A stretch of 58,806 nucleotides of DNA, the filler included, from Gonapodya sp. JEL0774 (lineage: Eukaryota), in NCBI GenBank assembly GCA_027604505.1. It is 8 parts of 8 records of this genome, joined end to end, with 100 filler letters (N's around TTAATTAATTAA, not from the genome) between each part and the next. Parts side by side here need not be neighbours in the genome. Positions count along the whole stretch, not along the records: positions 22,147 to 29,410 come from JADIIX010000516.1; positions 29,511 to 36,770 come from JADIIX010000517.1; 6 more parts are not named here. One strand, given 5' to 3'. This document shows positions 25,926-36,870 of the stretch, one piece after another. The notes under the pieces were generated by a model that was not told the DNA's origin, made no database searches, and saw only the letters and a list, made by a program, of their open reading frames with translations. Position numbers and translations under genes: made by a program. How positions within the stretch are numbered: the stretch's first letter is position 1; each line of letters begins with the position of its first letter.

Positions 25926-26600
25926 TTATACTGTCCACGACCCCGCTCGTCGCGCGAGTCCTGCCAATAAGATCTTTGTGTAGCACTGATGAGCCACCGT
26001 TGCCCAATATGGTACCGGCTTATACAATCCTGATCCAAATAGTATGTTGACGCTGACGGTATCACTTGCAGATTCAGGTGGAGTTGTGCGGTCGGATTGG
26101 ATACGCTCGAAAGCCAGATAAGTGACTCCACTCAGTCCCTTTGCGTCGTGTTTCACAACACCATCGCTACCTGGCCACTCCATGATCACCTCTTGACCTG
26201 ACCTGCCCACCACCTTCCACGCCAACACGTCATCCCTCTCTGAAAACCCGCACTGTGCGATGTCCGCATGGCGAGTGATGGCACTCCGAGCCATCGGGAA
26301 TATAACGTTGGGGAGCAAGGTGAGGACCGTCAGCTCTGGTGCGAAAGCGGCGGACGTGAAGAGGGATCGGGCAACGTGTGTGGTGATGGCGGCTTCGTTC
26401 CCGAATGCTCTGTCCGATTCGGCTCGAATGCGTAGCGTGCAACGTACAGTGAAGCAATCACGGTATGCTAAGCCTCTGGTCTGCTCGAGTAAGGAACCCT
26501 GGGGCACCGGGACTGCCGAGACACCTCTGGTGAAGATGACGAAGGCGATTGGCGGGGCGGAAAGAGCAGCGAGGCCTACAACGGAGAGAAGAGACGGCAT
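25926..26600 (-). CDS. Hypothetical protein with N-terminal TM segment (DUF2867-like fold possible)
   Basis: Open frame from MPSLLSVVGLAAL; YRDCF, WKVVGRSGQEVIMEW, AHQCYTKILL. Confidence 0.55.
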   Translation of the reverse strand: MPSLLSVVGLAALSAPPIAFVIFTRGVSAVPVPQGSLLEQTRGLAYRDCFTVRCTLRIRAESDRAFGNEAAITTHVARSLFTSAAFAPELTVLTLLPNVIFPMARSAITRHADIAQCGFSERDDVLAWKVVGRSGQEVIMEWPGSDGVVKHDAKGLSGVTYLAFERIQSDRTTPPESASDTVSVNILFGSGLYKPVPYWATVAHQCYTKILLAGLARRAGSWTV

Positions 26601-27016
26601 AGACGTGGAGTAGGAGGAGCTCTTTGTTCGTGTTGAAGCCCAGATAAAGAACAGGACGCGGCCACGTATACACCAGCAAAAGGGCCAGAGGGACGGAATC
26701 AGCCTTTCCACTCCCGCTGGGCTAAACCATATACCCGCCTGCCAGACAGAGAAAATAACATGTAAATTCCCCAATTTATTCGCGGTGGGTGTCTCTGCTG
26801 CTTGTGTGCCCAGGTACTGTAAGTTGGTAACTGAACCTACTTGATGGCTTCCGCCATAAACTACCAACATACTTCGCTCGTAATACATTCTATTACTGTT
26901 CTGTTACTCTGCATTCTATTGTCACAAAATGGGAATACATGTTTCTACTTTGGCCCCGTCGTTGCGCCCGGTGTGTGCCCTTAGTCACATAGCATCACTC
27001 CCCCGAACAAATCCCC

Positions 27017-28640
27017 ATGGCCACTTTCAAAGATCGCGCTCTCATAGACGCCGTCGAAAACTCCGACCTTGATGGCGTGACCAAGGCTCTCAGGGACGGC
27101 GCGGACCCCAACGCGAGAAAGAGGGTGACACTTACTTGCGACATACAAGCTGGGCGATTCACGGACACGATCTCGGCGGAGTCGGCGATCGTCCGCGCGG
27201 TGGTCACCGGAAGGGCCGATGTTGTGGAGGCGTTGCTTGTCGCTGGAGCGGTCGTGAACGGAGCTGCGCTCGAGTGGGTGCTGCCGAATCACGCGGCGAA
27301 CTCAGCTTGGCCCGGTCAGAAAAAGGACTACTGGGACAGTTCTCGATGGAGATGGAAGATTACTTTTCCGTCCGTGTTGAGCTTTGCACTGGGTCGAGGA
27401 GGGAAGTCCACTAATAACCAGTCCCCGACTGATGATTCAGGTTGGAACCAGTCCGACACCGACAAGGGTATCATTCGTCTCAACAAACGCGGTAGTGATG
27501 TCATCCTCCAAAACCCAAAGGACGAGAATCAAGCTTTCGAAAAGATCACCCTTGAACCCCGTCTGGAAATCATCGCCGTCCTTCTGAAACACGGTGCAGC
27601 CATCACCAACGAGGTGCGGGCATTCATTCGTGGGTACCATGATCGGCAGATCAAGGATCTCGTCGAAGCCAAGGCCCAAAATGAGCTGGAAGTCGTTCTT
27701 GCGTCGATGGTTCCGAATGCGATGTCCAATGTGGAGTTGGCCAAGTTGGTCGCCGAGCAAGGCAAACACATGGCTGCCCTCAGTTCGCAGCTCGCAGAAC
27801 AGGGCAAGCAAATCACAGCACTCGCCAAGCAGCTCACCTCTCTTGAAGTGGAGAACGCTGCTCTGAAAGTTGACAACGCCGCCCTCAAAGTTGACAACTC
27901 CGCTCTCAAAGGGGCGAGTCTTTCTCTCAAAAACGATCTGTCCACGACAGAAAGGAGGACTCTCGACCTCGAACGCCGTTGTGCAACTCTGGAAACTTCT
28001 CCGCCCGCGCGCACCCTCCAGGCAGATTCAAGCTTTTCTCCGCAACTTCATACCTCGTACCATCCTGGCACTTCTCGACTTGCTGACATCGATCGCCGTG
28101 TTCTTCTCGTCGAACGCGAACTCGCAACTCTCCGCGGTAACCCCCTTCCATCCGCACCACCTCCGCCTATTGACGTGAAACGTCTCCTCTGGGCCGTTGC
28201 AAGATTTGACCCGAGTGGCCCGGACGAGATCCATGTTGCGGTGGGACATCAAGTGTTTGTGAATCTTCAGTACCCGGATGGGTGGGGTACCGTGAGTGTT
28301 TGAACAGCGAGCTACCAAGGGACGCGAGTTTTCATCACGTTTGATGAATATACCTGCCTCCGTTGATCACAAGGGTCTCAACACCACCACAAACCAGCAG
28401 GGCTTCTTCCCCATGGGCTGTCTCTCCGACGATCCCTCCGCTCTCAACCTCAACCCTGGCTCGGGCTCCAACACTGCCTCTTTTGCCCGCCGTGTCGCTT
28501 CAGTCGATCGGGTCGGTACTCCAGTGGCTGGTCAGCAGGGTGTCGGTGGCGGCGCGGGAGGGTACCAGAACCAGGCTTACGCTCCGCTGACGACGCAGTT
28601 GCGGGGGACGTGGGATGGGAGGGTGGGCGGTGGCTGGTGA
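27017..28640 (+). CDS. Ankyrin-repeat - coiled-coil - SH3 protein (2 exons)
   Basis: ALRDGADPNAR, DVVEALLVAGA; heptad repeats ENAALKVDNAALKVDN; SH3 AVARFDPSGPDEI...YPDGWGT / GLNTTTNQQGFFPMGC. Confidence 0.82.
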
Positions 28641-29510
28641 GGGTGCGGTTCCTTGGAGCCTGGGGAGCCAGCCTGGAACTATGTAGGGAGAGAGGTTTGT
28701 AGAGCGGCGAGTGAGACACCTTTTCCGAGGACATCTTTTTCAAGCGCTTTAACCCGTCGTGTATTGGTATAAGTACTGCAGAATGCGTGGTTTCTCATTG
28801 GTTTCGACAAATATGAGTCCGGATATGAATGTTGGAGTAAACGAACATTTTGTTTACAATATCAAATTTTGCGACTTGTAAGATCAGTTTCTTTCTTAAA
28901 TTGTGGACACGCTGAATACTATCTCAACCGATGACCTTGCGTCCGGCATGGAATGCGATAGCACTGTATCTTGCGACAGAGAAATTAAATGATCCCCCAG
29001 AAACGCTGACGGCGGTTGCGCAATTATCTGCGGGAAAGTGGAGTGTACATCTATAAATGGGGACGCGGGGACACTGTTGGTATATTAATTGATACTCACC
29101 GACAGCATTACAGTCTGCCAGGATGGGATGTGGATCAATATAGCGTCAGATTGCAGTCGAGTACACAAATGTCATAGTCAAGAGTTCGTAACAGTACTTA
29201 CATTTTCCATCCGCCACATCCGTCACCATATTTCCTGTCCACAGTGATGCTGCGTTATTGATAACCACGTGAGCATTCACACCACGACCAAACGAAATAC
29301 GATCACCCGTGGCGGCAACAGCTCGAGTGAGGAAGGATGATCCCACGTAATTTCGAAAACTGGAGGAAAAGTCATCTAGTTGGTGGAGGCCGATACAAGA
29401 GTACGAATTANNNNNNNNNNNNNNNNNNNNNNNNNNNNNNNNNNNNNNNNNNNNTTAATTAATTAANNNNNNNNNNNNNNNNNNNNNNNNNNNNNNNNNN
29501 NNNNNNNNNN

Positions 29511-30218
29511 GTCTTGAGTGCGTTGGCCACCGCCCTGGCGCCGGCCTCGCCGATCTCGTTCCCTAGCAGAAGAGAGACGGAGTGGGTGCGTGACCAAATC
29601 CAAACATGCACCCGGGGCTAAAACTCAAAAATCAAAACTCACTACCGAGGTCAAGCGATGTCAAAGTCGAGTTGGTCTTGAGTGCGTCGGCCACCGCCCT
29701 GGCGCCGGCATCGCCAATCCCGTTATCTAGCAGAAGAGAGACGGAGTGGGTGCGTGACCAAATTCAAACATGCACCCGGCGCTAAAACTCAAAACTCAAA
29801 ACTCACCATGCAGGTCAAGCGATGTCAACGTCGTGTTGGTCTTGAGTGCGTCGGCCACCGCCCTGGCGCCGGCCTCGCCGATCTCGTTATCTAGCAGAAG
29901 AGAGACGGAGTGGGTGCGTGACCAAATTCAAACAAACACCCCGCGCTGAAACTCAAAACTCAAAACTCACGCCTGAGGTCAAGCGATGTCAACGTCGTGT
30001 TGGTCTTGAGTGCGTTGGCCACCGCCCTGGCGCCGGCCTCGCCGATCTCGTTCCCTAGCAGAAGAGAGACGGAGTGGGTACGTGACCAAATTCAAACATG
30101 CACCCGCGGCTAAAACTCAAAAATCAAAACTCACAATCGAGGTTAAGCAATGTCAACGTCGAGTTGGTCTTGAGTGCGTCGGCCACCGCCCTGGCGCCGG
30201 CCTCGCCGATACTGTTAG
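29511..30218 (-). repeat. 164-bp tandem units = 84-nt LRR exon + 80-nt near-identical intron (4 complete + 1 partial)
   Basis: Exons 30135-30218, 29971-30054, 29807-29890, 29643-29726, partial 29511-29562; intron gtgagttttga...ctctcttctgctag. Confidence 0.93.
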
Positions 30219-32596
30219 CTAGAAGACGTGCGCAGAGTGTGAAGTGAAGAGAGATGGACAATCCGAGAGTTCAAACAACAGTATGAGTATTGCATTTTGG
30301 AGGTGACGTGGGTCAATGGACAAGTTCTGAGATCAGCCGCAGCACCACGAAGGTGTTATGAAACAACTCACATCGCAAATCTAATTCTGTAGGATTTCCG
30401 TTGTAAAGTTGGAGAAGTGCATCTTGTACCTTCTTCCCAAGTTTCTTTTCGTCAGCGGTTAACTGCCTGGGGGTTCTCACAACACGAGCATTCTGTTTGG
30501 GTCCTGGAATCTGTCTTTTCTGCTCTGCTTCTTGGGCTTTGAGTAATCGACTCTCTTCATCGACCTTGAGACGCCTTGTTTCTTCCGCCTGCTTCTCGAG
30601 GACTGCCAGTCGCTCCCGCAATTCCGACTGTTCTGCTTCGAACTGCGCGCGAAGTCTTGCTTCGGTAGCCTTCTCAATGATTGCATGCTCTGCCTCAGCA
30701 AACATTGTGCGTTCTGTAGACGGTTTGGCCGATGGAGTTCTTGACGGAGATAATGCATACTGCGACTGAGATGGAGAGAGTGTGACTCCAGAGTCATGAC
30801 TACGTCCTTGTATCGACAAAAGGCGACTTGGTGGGGAGGGATTGTTCAAGTCGGGATATGCTCTCTTGAGTTCCGAAATTAAGGTAGCAAAAGTGGGTCG
30901 CTTGCCAAGCTGTGGGTCCCAGCAACGTCGAACAAGATCCTGTATTGGTTTGGGCATAGGAACAGTGGCGGCTAACTCGGCGTCATCGATTTCCTCGACG
31001 TCTCTGAGGTCCTCATAGGTTTCAATGTCTGGTCGCTCGCCCGACTTCATCACAGTTACGACAGCGTCATCGGCTACACCGGCGAACGGCATTTGAAGTG
31101 TGTACATCTCATACACAGTCATGGCAAATGCATACACGTCCAGTTTCTCAGTCAATGTAGGCTTTGTGGCAAAAAGCTCAGGGGCCATCCATCGTTTGGT
31201 ACCAACTCGGGCCAGCCCAGTGAGATTAGACACCTGTTTTGTGACAGCTGCGAAACCGAAATCGGTGACCAGAGCGTTCCCGAGATTGTCCACCAGCACA
31301 TTGGCGGCCTTAAGATCGCGGTGGAGGATACCTTTTCCATGGAGGTACTGCATTGCGGATGCAACGTCAAAGACGAGATGAACACGATTGATGTGCGGAT
31401 ATTTTTGGAGATACGAGAGGAGGTGACCATGCTGCATGTATGGTGACACCATGAACGGCTGGGTAGCAATGAGATTAGCTCCAAAGAGTTGCAGAATGTT
31501 TGGATGGCGCAGTTGTGACCAACGCTTGACTTCGTTGTAGAGAAGCTATGTACACATAATCCATGACCTGCTGTGTAACATCATATGCAATATGAATGAT
31601 CACTCACGTCCGTCAGCTTTTGGCTTGGGTTTCTCACAAGCAAACGCTTGAGAGCCACAGTACGGGTTCCACTCCACGTGGCCTTGAAGACTTCGCCAAA
31701 ACCACCAGAAGCAAATGAGTCTCCCTCGAGAACAATGTCGGATTCCGGGATATGCCAATCCTCCTCTGTAAGATCTTCTCCGGACAATCTAGAAAGGCTT
31801 GCACGGGTTTTTCTGAGAAGAATTTGTTCTCGTGGAGTAGCATCCCCTGTGGTGATAGCCGCTTGAATGGTTCGCAACACCTCCATTATTTGAGCGTTCC
31901 CAAGCTCCAGAGTCGCGAGTAATGTTGCGTCGTTTTTCTGCAGCTGTTCGAGCATATCTTGTGCTGCATTCTCTGCAATGTTTCGATCCGCGTTGTTTTC
32001 GGCGGCCCACCTATCAAGGTTCAACACCGCGGCAAGCTTAAGGGAGTCCGAAGCCATGTGACCAGGGATATTGAGAAAACACAACATACGAGTACCTACT
32101 TGAAAGTCCTTGACCATGGTTTGAAGTCTGAGATCAAACTCTTCGATTTCCTTCCGCGTCACACTGCTGTTCAGAATGCGGTACCATTTGGGTTTGCTTT
32201 TGACAGTCTCCAGAAAGTGAGCAACCTCTACCAGAAACCTTTGAACAAAGCCAGTAAGACACAAGAGTGCAGAGCCCTCCAGGAAGTTACCCACTTGGTA
32301 AAATCGACGGCATGTTTGCGGAGAGGTTCCCGCAAATCGGTGCTTCCGGGATCCATCCGGTGAGCGATAGCCTCCACGAGCAAGGCACATCGACTGGCAA
32401 GGCGCACTACGAGCTCTTTATTCTCTCGGAAGTCTTTTGCGACGGTGTAGACTGCGCGAAGACCTTGAGCGCAGGCTCCAAACACGGGGACATTGGTGAT
32501 AGTTCCGACGGCGCCCAGGACGGCAGCGACGCCATCAAGCAAGTTGCCGGCAAGGTGTGGATCAACTCCCTTGAAAGCACCTCCGTGCGCCTGCAT
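29511..32596 (-). CDS. Second MLKL-like NTD - TKL kinase - coiled coil - single-exon LRR array gene (3' end runs off contig)
   Basis: VPVFGACAQGLRAVYTVAKDFRENKELVVRLASRC (MLKL-NTD-like); GGFGEVF, VALK, HPNIL, HRDLKAAN, DFG, GTKRWMAPE, DVYAF; then LRR exons N(S/E/G)IG(E/D)AGARAVA(D/N)ALKTN(S/T)TLTxLxL. Confidence 0.88.
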
Positions 32597-32735
32597 GCTT
32601 TCGATTTCCGGGGAAACTCAGTGGGTGAGGGGGAAATCGGGACTGGTTCAGTCCACAGCTGTGGCCCAAGCAAAAACGAAACCCAATTGTCCAAAAGTGT
32701 AAGTCACACTCATATACCATGATTGAACGGCTATA

Positions 32736-33354
32736 CCATGATTGAACGGCCACCCCAAAACGCGAGTACTTTCATTTTCAAAATCACACTTTTCTTTTCA
32801 AAAGCACGTAATTTTGTAAGAAAAGTAAACTGTGGAAAACCAAATGTCAAAAGTACATAAAAATCGTTTTCTCTTCTTCAGGGTCCTGCACAACCTCGTC
32901 AATTTCACCATTGTCTCTTATCGTCTCCTTGCCAATGCCACGCTTCTTCCGATATCTTCGAATGCTTCGCTCGGAACAGCCTTGTACGTCTCCGAAATTT
33001 TCAATAAGAATCTGACTTATCTCCTCGTTGGAGTAGCGGGCGTGCACCAACACCGCGAGGTCCTCTTCCGACAACAGTTTCTCGACGTCCATGCGCCAAC
33101 AACGCTATCAACGCGTACCAGTGCGTCGTGGGGGACGGAGATCGGAGCTGTCCCCGCCGCTGAGCTGGCATCTCTCGGAGGCAGGGCCGTAAGGGGTTGT
33201 TGCACGAAATGTGTTTCCATTTGCACTTTTGCAAACATTCTATATTCACTTTTACATTTAACGCCTTTCCCTCAAAAAAAAGACATTTTGAAAATGAAAT
33301 GAACGAAATGGAACACGAAATAAAGTCAAAAGATGGGTGGCCGTTCGGTCATGG
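32736..33354. mobile_element. Small non-autonomous IR-bounded element containing a short HTH (Clr5-like) ORF at 32847-33092 (-)
   Basis: ccatgattgaacggccaccc (32736-55) vs gggtggccgttcggtcatgg (33335-54); inner IR tttcattttcaaaat/attttgaaaatgaaa; ORF YSNEEISQIL...CSERSIRRYRKKRGI. Confidence 0.55.
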
Positions 33355-33568
33355 GTTACACTCACCCATCAGTCATCGTTTTCATCCATCTGATTCACAA
33401 AGAATCTTTGAAGAGTTTCGTCCATCTGCACTCCAAAACATGGGATGGGGATGGGATGAGGATGAGGATGGGATGGGGATCGGTTGGACCTTCTGAAACT
33501 GTTGCAAAATGGGATGGAGGTTCTGAAACTTTCTTTCTATAAAAGTAGTCTATTTGATTGATTCGGTA

Positions 33569-36500
33569 ATGGCAGCCAAACATCATCTCACTCAATACTG
33601 GCAATTGGGATGGATAGCTTTCCCAATTTCGATTGCATGGAACTCAAATCGCCAGAAAAAGGAGTTGCAGGCTCCAAAGGGATGGCAGAATCTTGATGTC
33701 GAGGCAGCCAAGGCTCTGCCAACGAGAAATGCCATGGCCATCCAAACAGGCTCAGCTTCGGGCATTATCGTGCTCGACATTGATGACGTTGATGGTTGGC
33801 GACAATTTCTCCACGAAAACGACCAAGTCGAACCACATACAGTAACAGCACGTTCTCAAAGCGGCGGCATTCACTATTACTTCGAATGGAGCGAATCGGT
33901 CAACGACCTGAAATCCACATCTGCTCTTCTGGGTGGATGCGCAGATATCCGCAACAAGGGCGGCATGATTATCGCTCCACCGACATCGTTCGCCGTTCCG
34001 GGCGAAACCGAAGCACGGACTTACGCGTGGCTCGAGGGGAAATCACCATGGGATTGTGAGCTTGCTCAAATGCCAGACTGGCTCGCATTGGCTCTTCGTG
34101 AAAGAGGTGGCGGTAATTTGGGTGCTTCGAAGCGAGAGGCACGCATACAATCCACTGGCCCCGACTCCGTACCCACACCCTCCGTGGTAAAAGAATACAT
34201 TGCAGAATTCTACGCAATAATGCCAGACAACGTTGGCGATACCAAGTGGCTTGGCGATGGAGGAGGGTTTGCTGTGAGCACAAAAGTATATGATTGTTGC
34301 TTTAAAAAAGCGCCTCACAAAGGAAACAAGCAGTATCTTTTTGTGAGCGCGAATGGAGACATGTCACGTCGTTGTCACGACGGGGATTGTGTCGATAAAA
34401 AGTGGGGGAGTCGGAGAGTGCCTACAGACATAGTGAACGCTATCACGGCTCTTTTTGTCAGGATACCTGACGTCTCTCCTGAAATTGTACAAGGAGCTTG
34501 TCAGGAAGCTGTAACTCTTGTCAATGATGTGCATCCAGGCAATGCGAACGTTGCAATGGTTTATCGCCCAGACGCACACTCATTTCAAGGTGCTCTGGAC
34601 ACGTATTTTGGCCGGAAAGTGTGTCCATTTTGCGAACAGGGAAAATTAGTTGCTATTACAAGCAGGGAGGGTCTCGCGATTCGTTGCGATTCTGCTGTTT
34701 GTGGATACAGGTCACCAGCAAATGGAGCCATGCCCGTCGGCATGGATAAGTACAGCAGATTGGGAAACTTTTTCATGGTGGTCAACGTCAACGTCACAAA
34801 CAACAACGCAATAACTACCATCAACAATTTTGGCTCAGACGCTGACATACCGAGTTTGTTTCTCGGGGATGACGTCATGGTACGTCCTGAACCTGAACTA
34901 AATCGTCTCATACTTCACGCTCTTGGCGGCAGCGATAGTACGATGGCAAGACTCTTTGCTCGTCTTTATTCTGGGCGCGTGGCGTTTGCAGGTGGGAGGT
35001 GGTTCACCTTCTCCCACAATCGATGGAGAGAGGGTGACGAAAGTCAGGTGATGGCGATTATGGATGATCCAAATAATTCCGAGTTTGTTCGTGCTTTGTA
35101 TGACGCGCGCGCCGCATACACAAACGCAACGATGGACAAAGATGTCAAGGAGCAGAAACTGAAGCGCATCGCAGCAACGATAGTAAGCTCAGAGAGTCGC
35201 CATAAGCAAAGTGATATTGCCGCCATGTGCAAGAAGCCCACCCTTCTGGGTATCGCAGACGAGCTCTTTCTGGACAAACTAGACACAAATCACAAATTAC
35301 TCGGCTTTGACAACGGCGTTTACGATTTGAGCAGCCGTGTATTCCGCCCGGGCGAACCAGGAGACTACGTCTCGCTGAGCGTCGGTTACGATTTTGTACC
35401 GAACAAAATGTCAGATCCAGTTACAAGAGAAGAGGTCATGAGGTTTTTGGAAACTGTCTTCCCAGATGCAGGCGTAAGAAAATACACGCTTCTCTTTCTT
35501 GCATCGGCTCTCGAGGGCTACAACAAAGATCATAGATTTCATTTTGCATATGGCAAAAGTGGGCGTAACGGGAAAGGTATCTTGATGAAAATCATGGAGA
35601 TGGTCCTCGGAGGTTACATGACGATGGTCAACTCGACACTGATTTGCGGAAAATCCGCAGATGCAAATGCTGCCACACCACAACTCACCAAAATGGTCTG
35701 CAAGCGCTTCGTCTATATGTCCGAGGTGGAAGCCGGTGCAAGAATCAATGAAGAAGTATTCCAAAGACTTTGCGGTGGCGACAAACTTGTGATTCGGCCA
35801 TTGTTCAAAGAATCTCGTGAAGTTGACAACATGGCGAAAATCCTGATGTTGTGCAACGACATGCCTAAAATTGACGGAAGCAAGGATTCCAACAAACCCC
35901 GAATTGCCATCATTCCATTTGTTAGTAGATTTATTGACGGCCCGTGCGATCCTACAAAGCACGAATATCCCATTGACACTGAGCTCCATATGAAAGCGAG
36001 TCAATGGAAGCACGCAATGATGGGCATACTACTCGATTACCACAAAATCTACATTCGAGATGGTCTCAAAGATATACCTGAAGCCATGAAGCGCGCAAAA
36101 ACCCAATATCTCGGAGTAAACGATCAATCTCGTCTAGTAGACGAGTTCGTTCAGGAAAGCCTTGTCAAAGGTGGCCAAGGCATTGTCACGGAGGAATTGA
36201 TTTCTAGGTATCGATCGTGGGAAAAGGAAAACGGAGTAAAGCACCCCGACAGCGATAAAGAGAGAATCATGATGACGCATTTTGAATCAGGCTCAACTTA
36301 CAGACATTGAAAATGGCGCCAAGCGTGCCAATGTTCGCCGCTTCTACGATGCCGAGAAGAAGCGAAAGCATGGGTACGGAGGATGGAATTTTGTGACACA
36401 AGTACCGCGAGAGAAGGGGCTGAGCGAATGCGCACGCTCTGTGACATCTCTCATTGAGGAGAACATTGCACAGGCTGAGTGGATGGTAGACACACGGACG

Positions 36501-36770
36501 AATGTGCATCGTGCTGTAAAGGTGAGGGATTGGATGAACAATGTGACTGCGTCCATTTTGGCTGGTGTCGTGGCGGAAGCACAAGTGAAATATTATCTGT
36601 GCAATGGTGTTGAATCTGACTGGCGTCAACTCATACTAGACATGACGGAAGTGTCGGCCGTGATAAGCGCAGATATTCTGTCGTTTTTCACCGAGCACGA
36701 ATATTCCGTCGCGGCTGCGGTAAAACACATCAAGACACTGACCAGTGTAGAGTACTGGGAAGCACCGACG
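33569..36770 (+). CDS. Intronless Prim-Pol (bifunctional primase/polymerase) - Zn-binding - D5-like SF3 helicase; +1 frameshift near 36280; runs off contig
   Basis: NAMAIQTGSASGIIVLDID, SQSGGIHYYF, DIRNKGGMIIAPP; LLGFDNGVYDL; Walker A GKSGRNGKG; YMSE; LMLCNDMP; RIAIIPFVSRF. Confidence 0.9.
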
Positions 36771-36870
36771 NNNNNNNNNNNNNNNNNNNNNNNNNNNNNN
36801 NNNNNNNNNNNNNNTTAATTAATTAANNNNNNNNNNNNNNNNNNNNNNNNNNNNNNNNNNNNNNNNNNNN

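Noticed and set aside
29518..30222. Four repeated 70-aa plus-strand ORFs (MRWPPPWRRPRR...)
   Set aside because: Antisense shadows of the minus-strand LRR exon/intron units.
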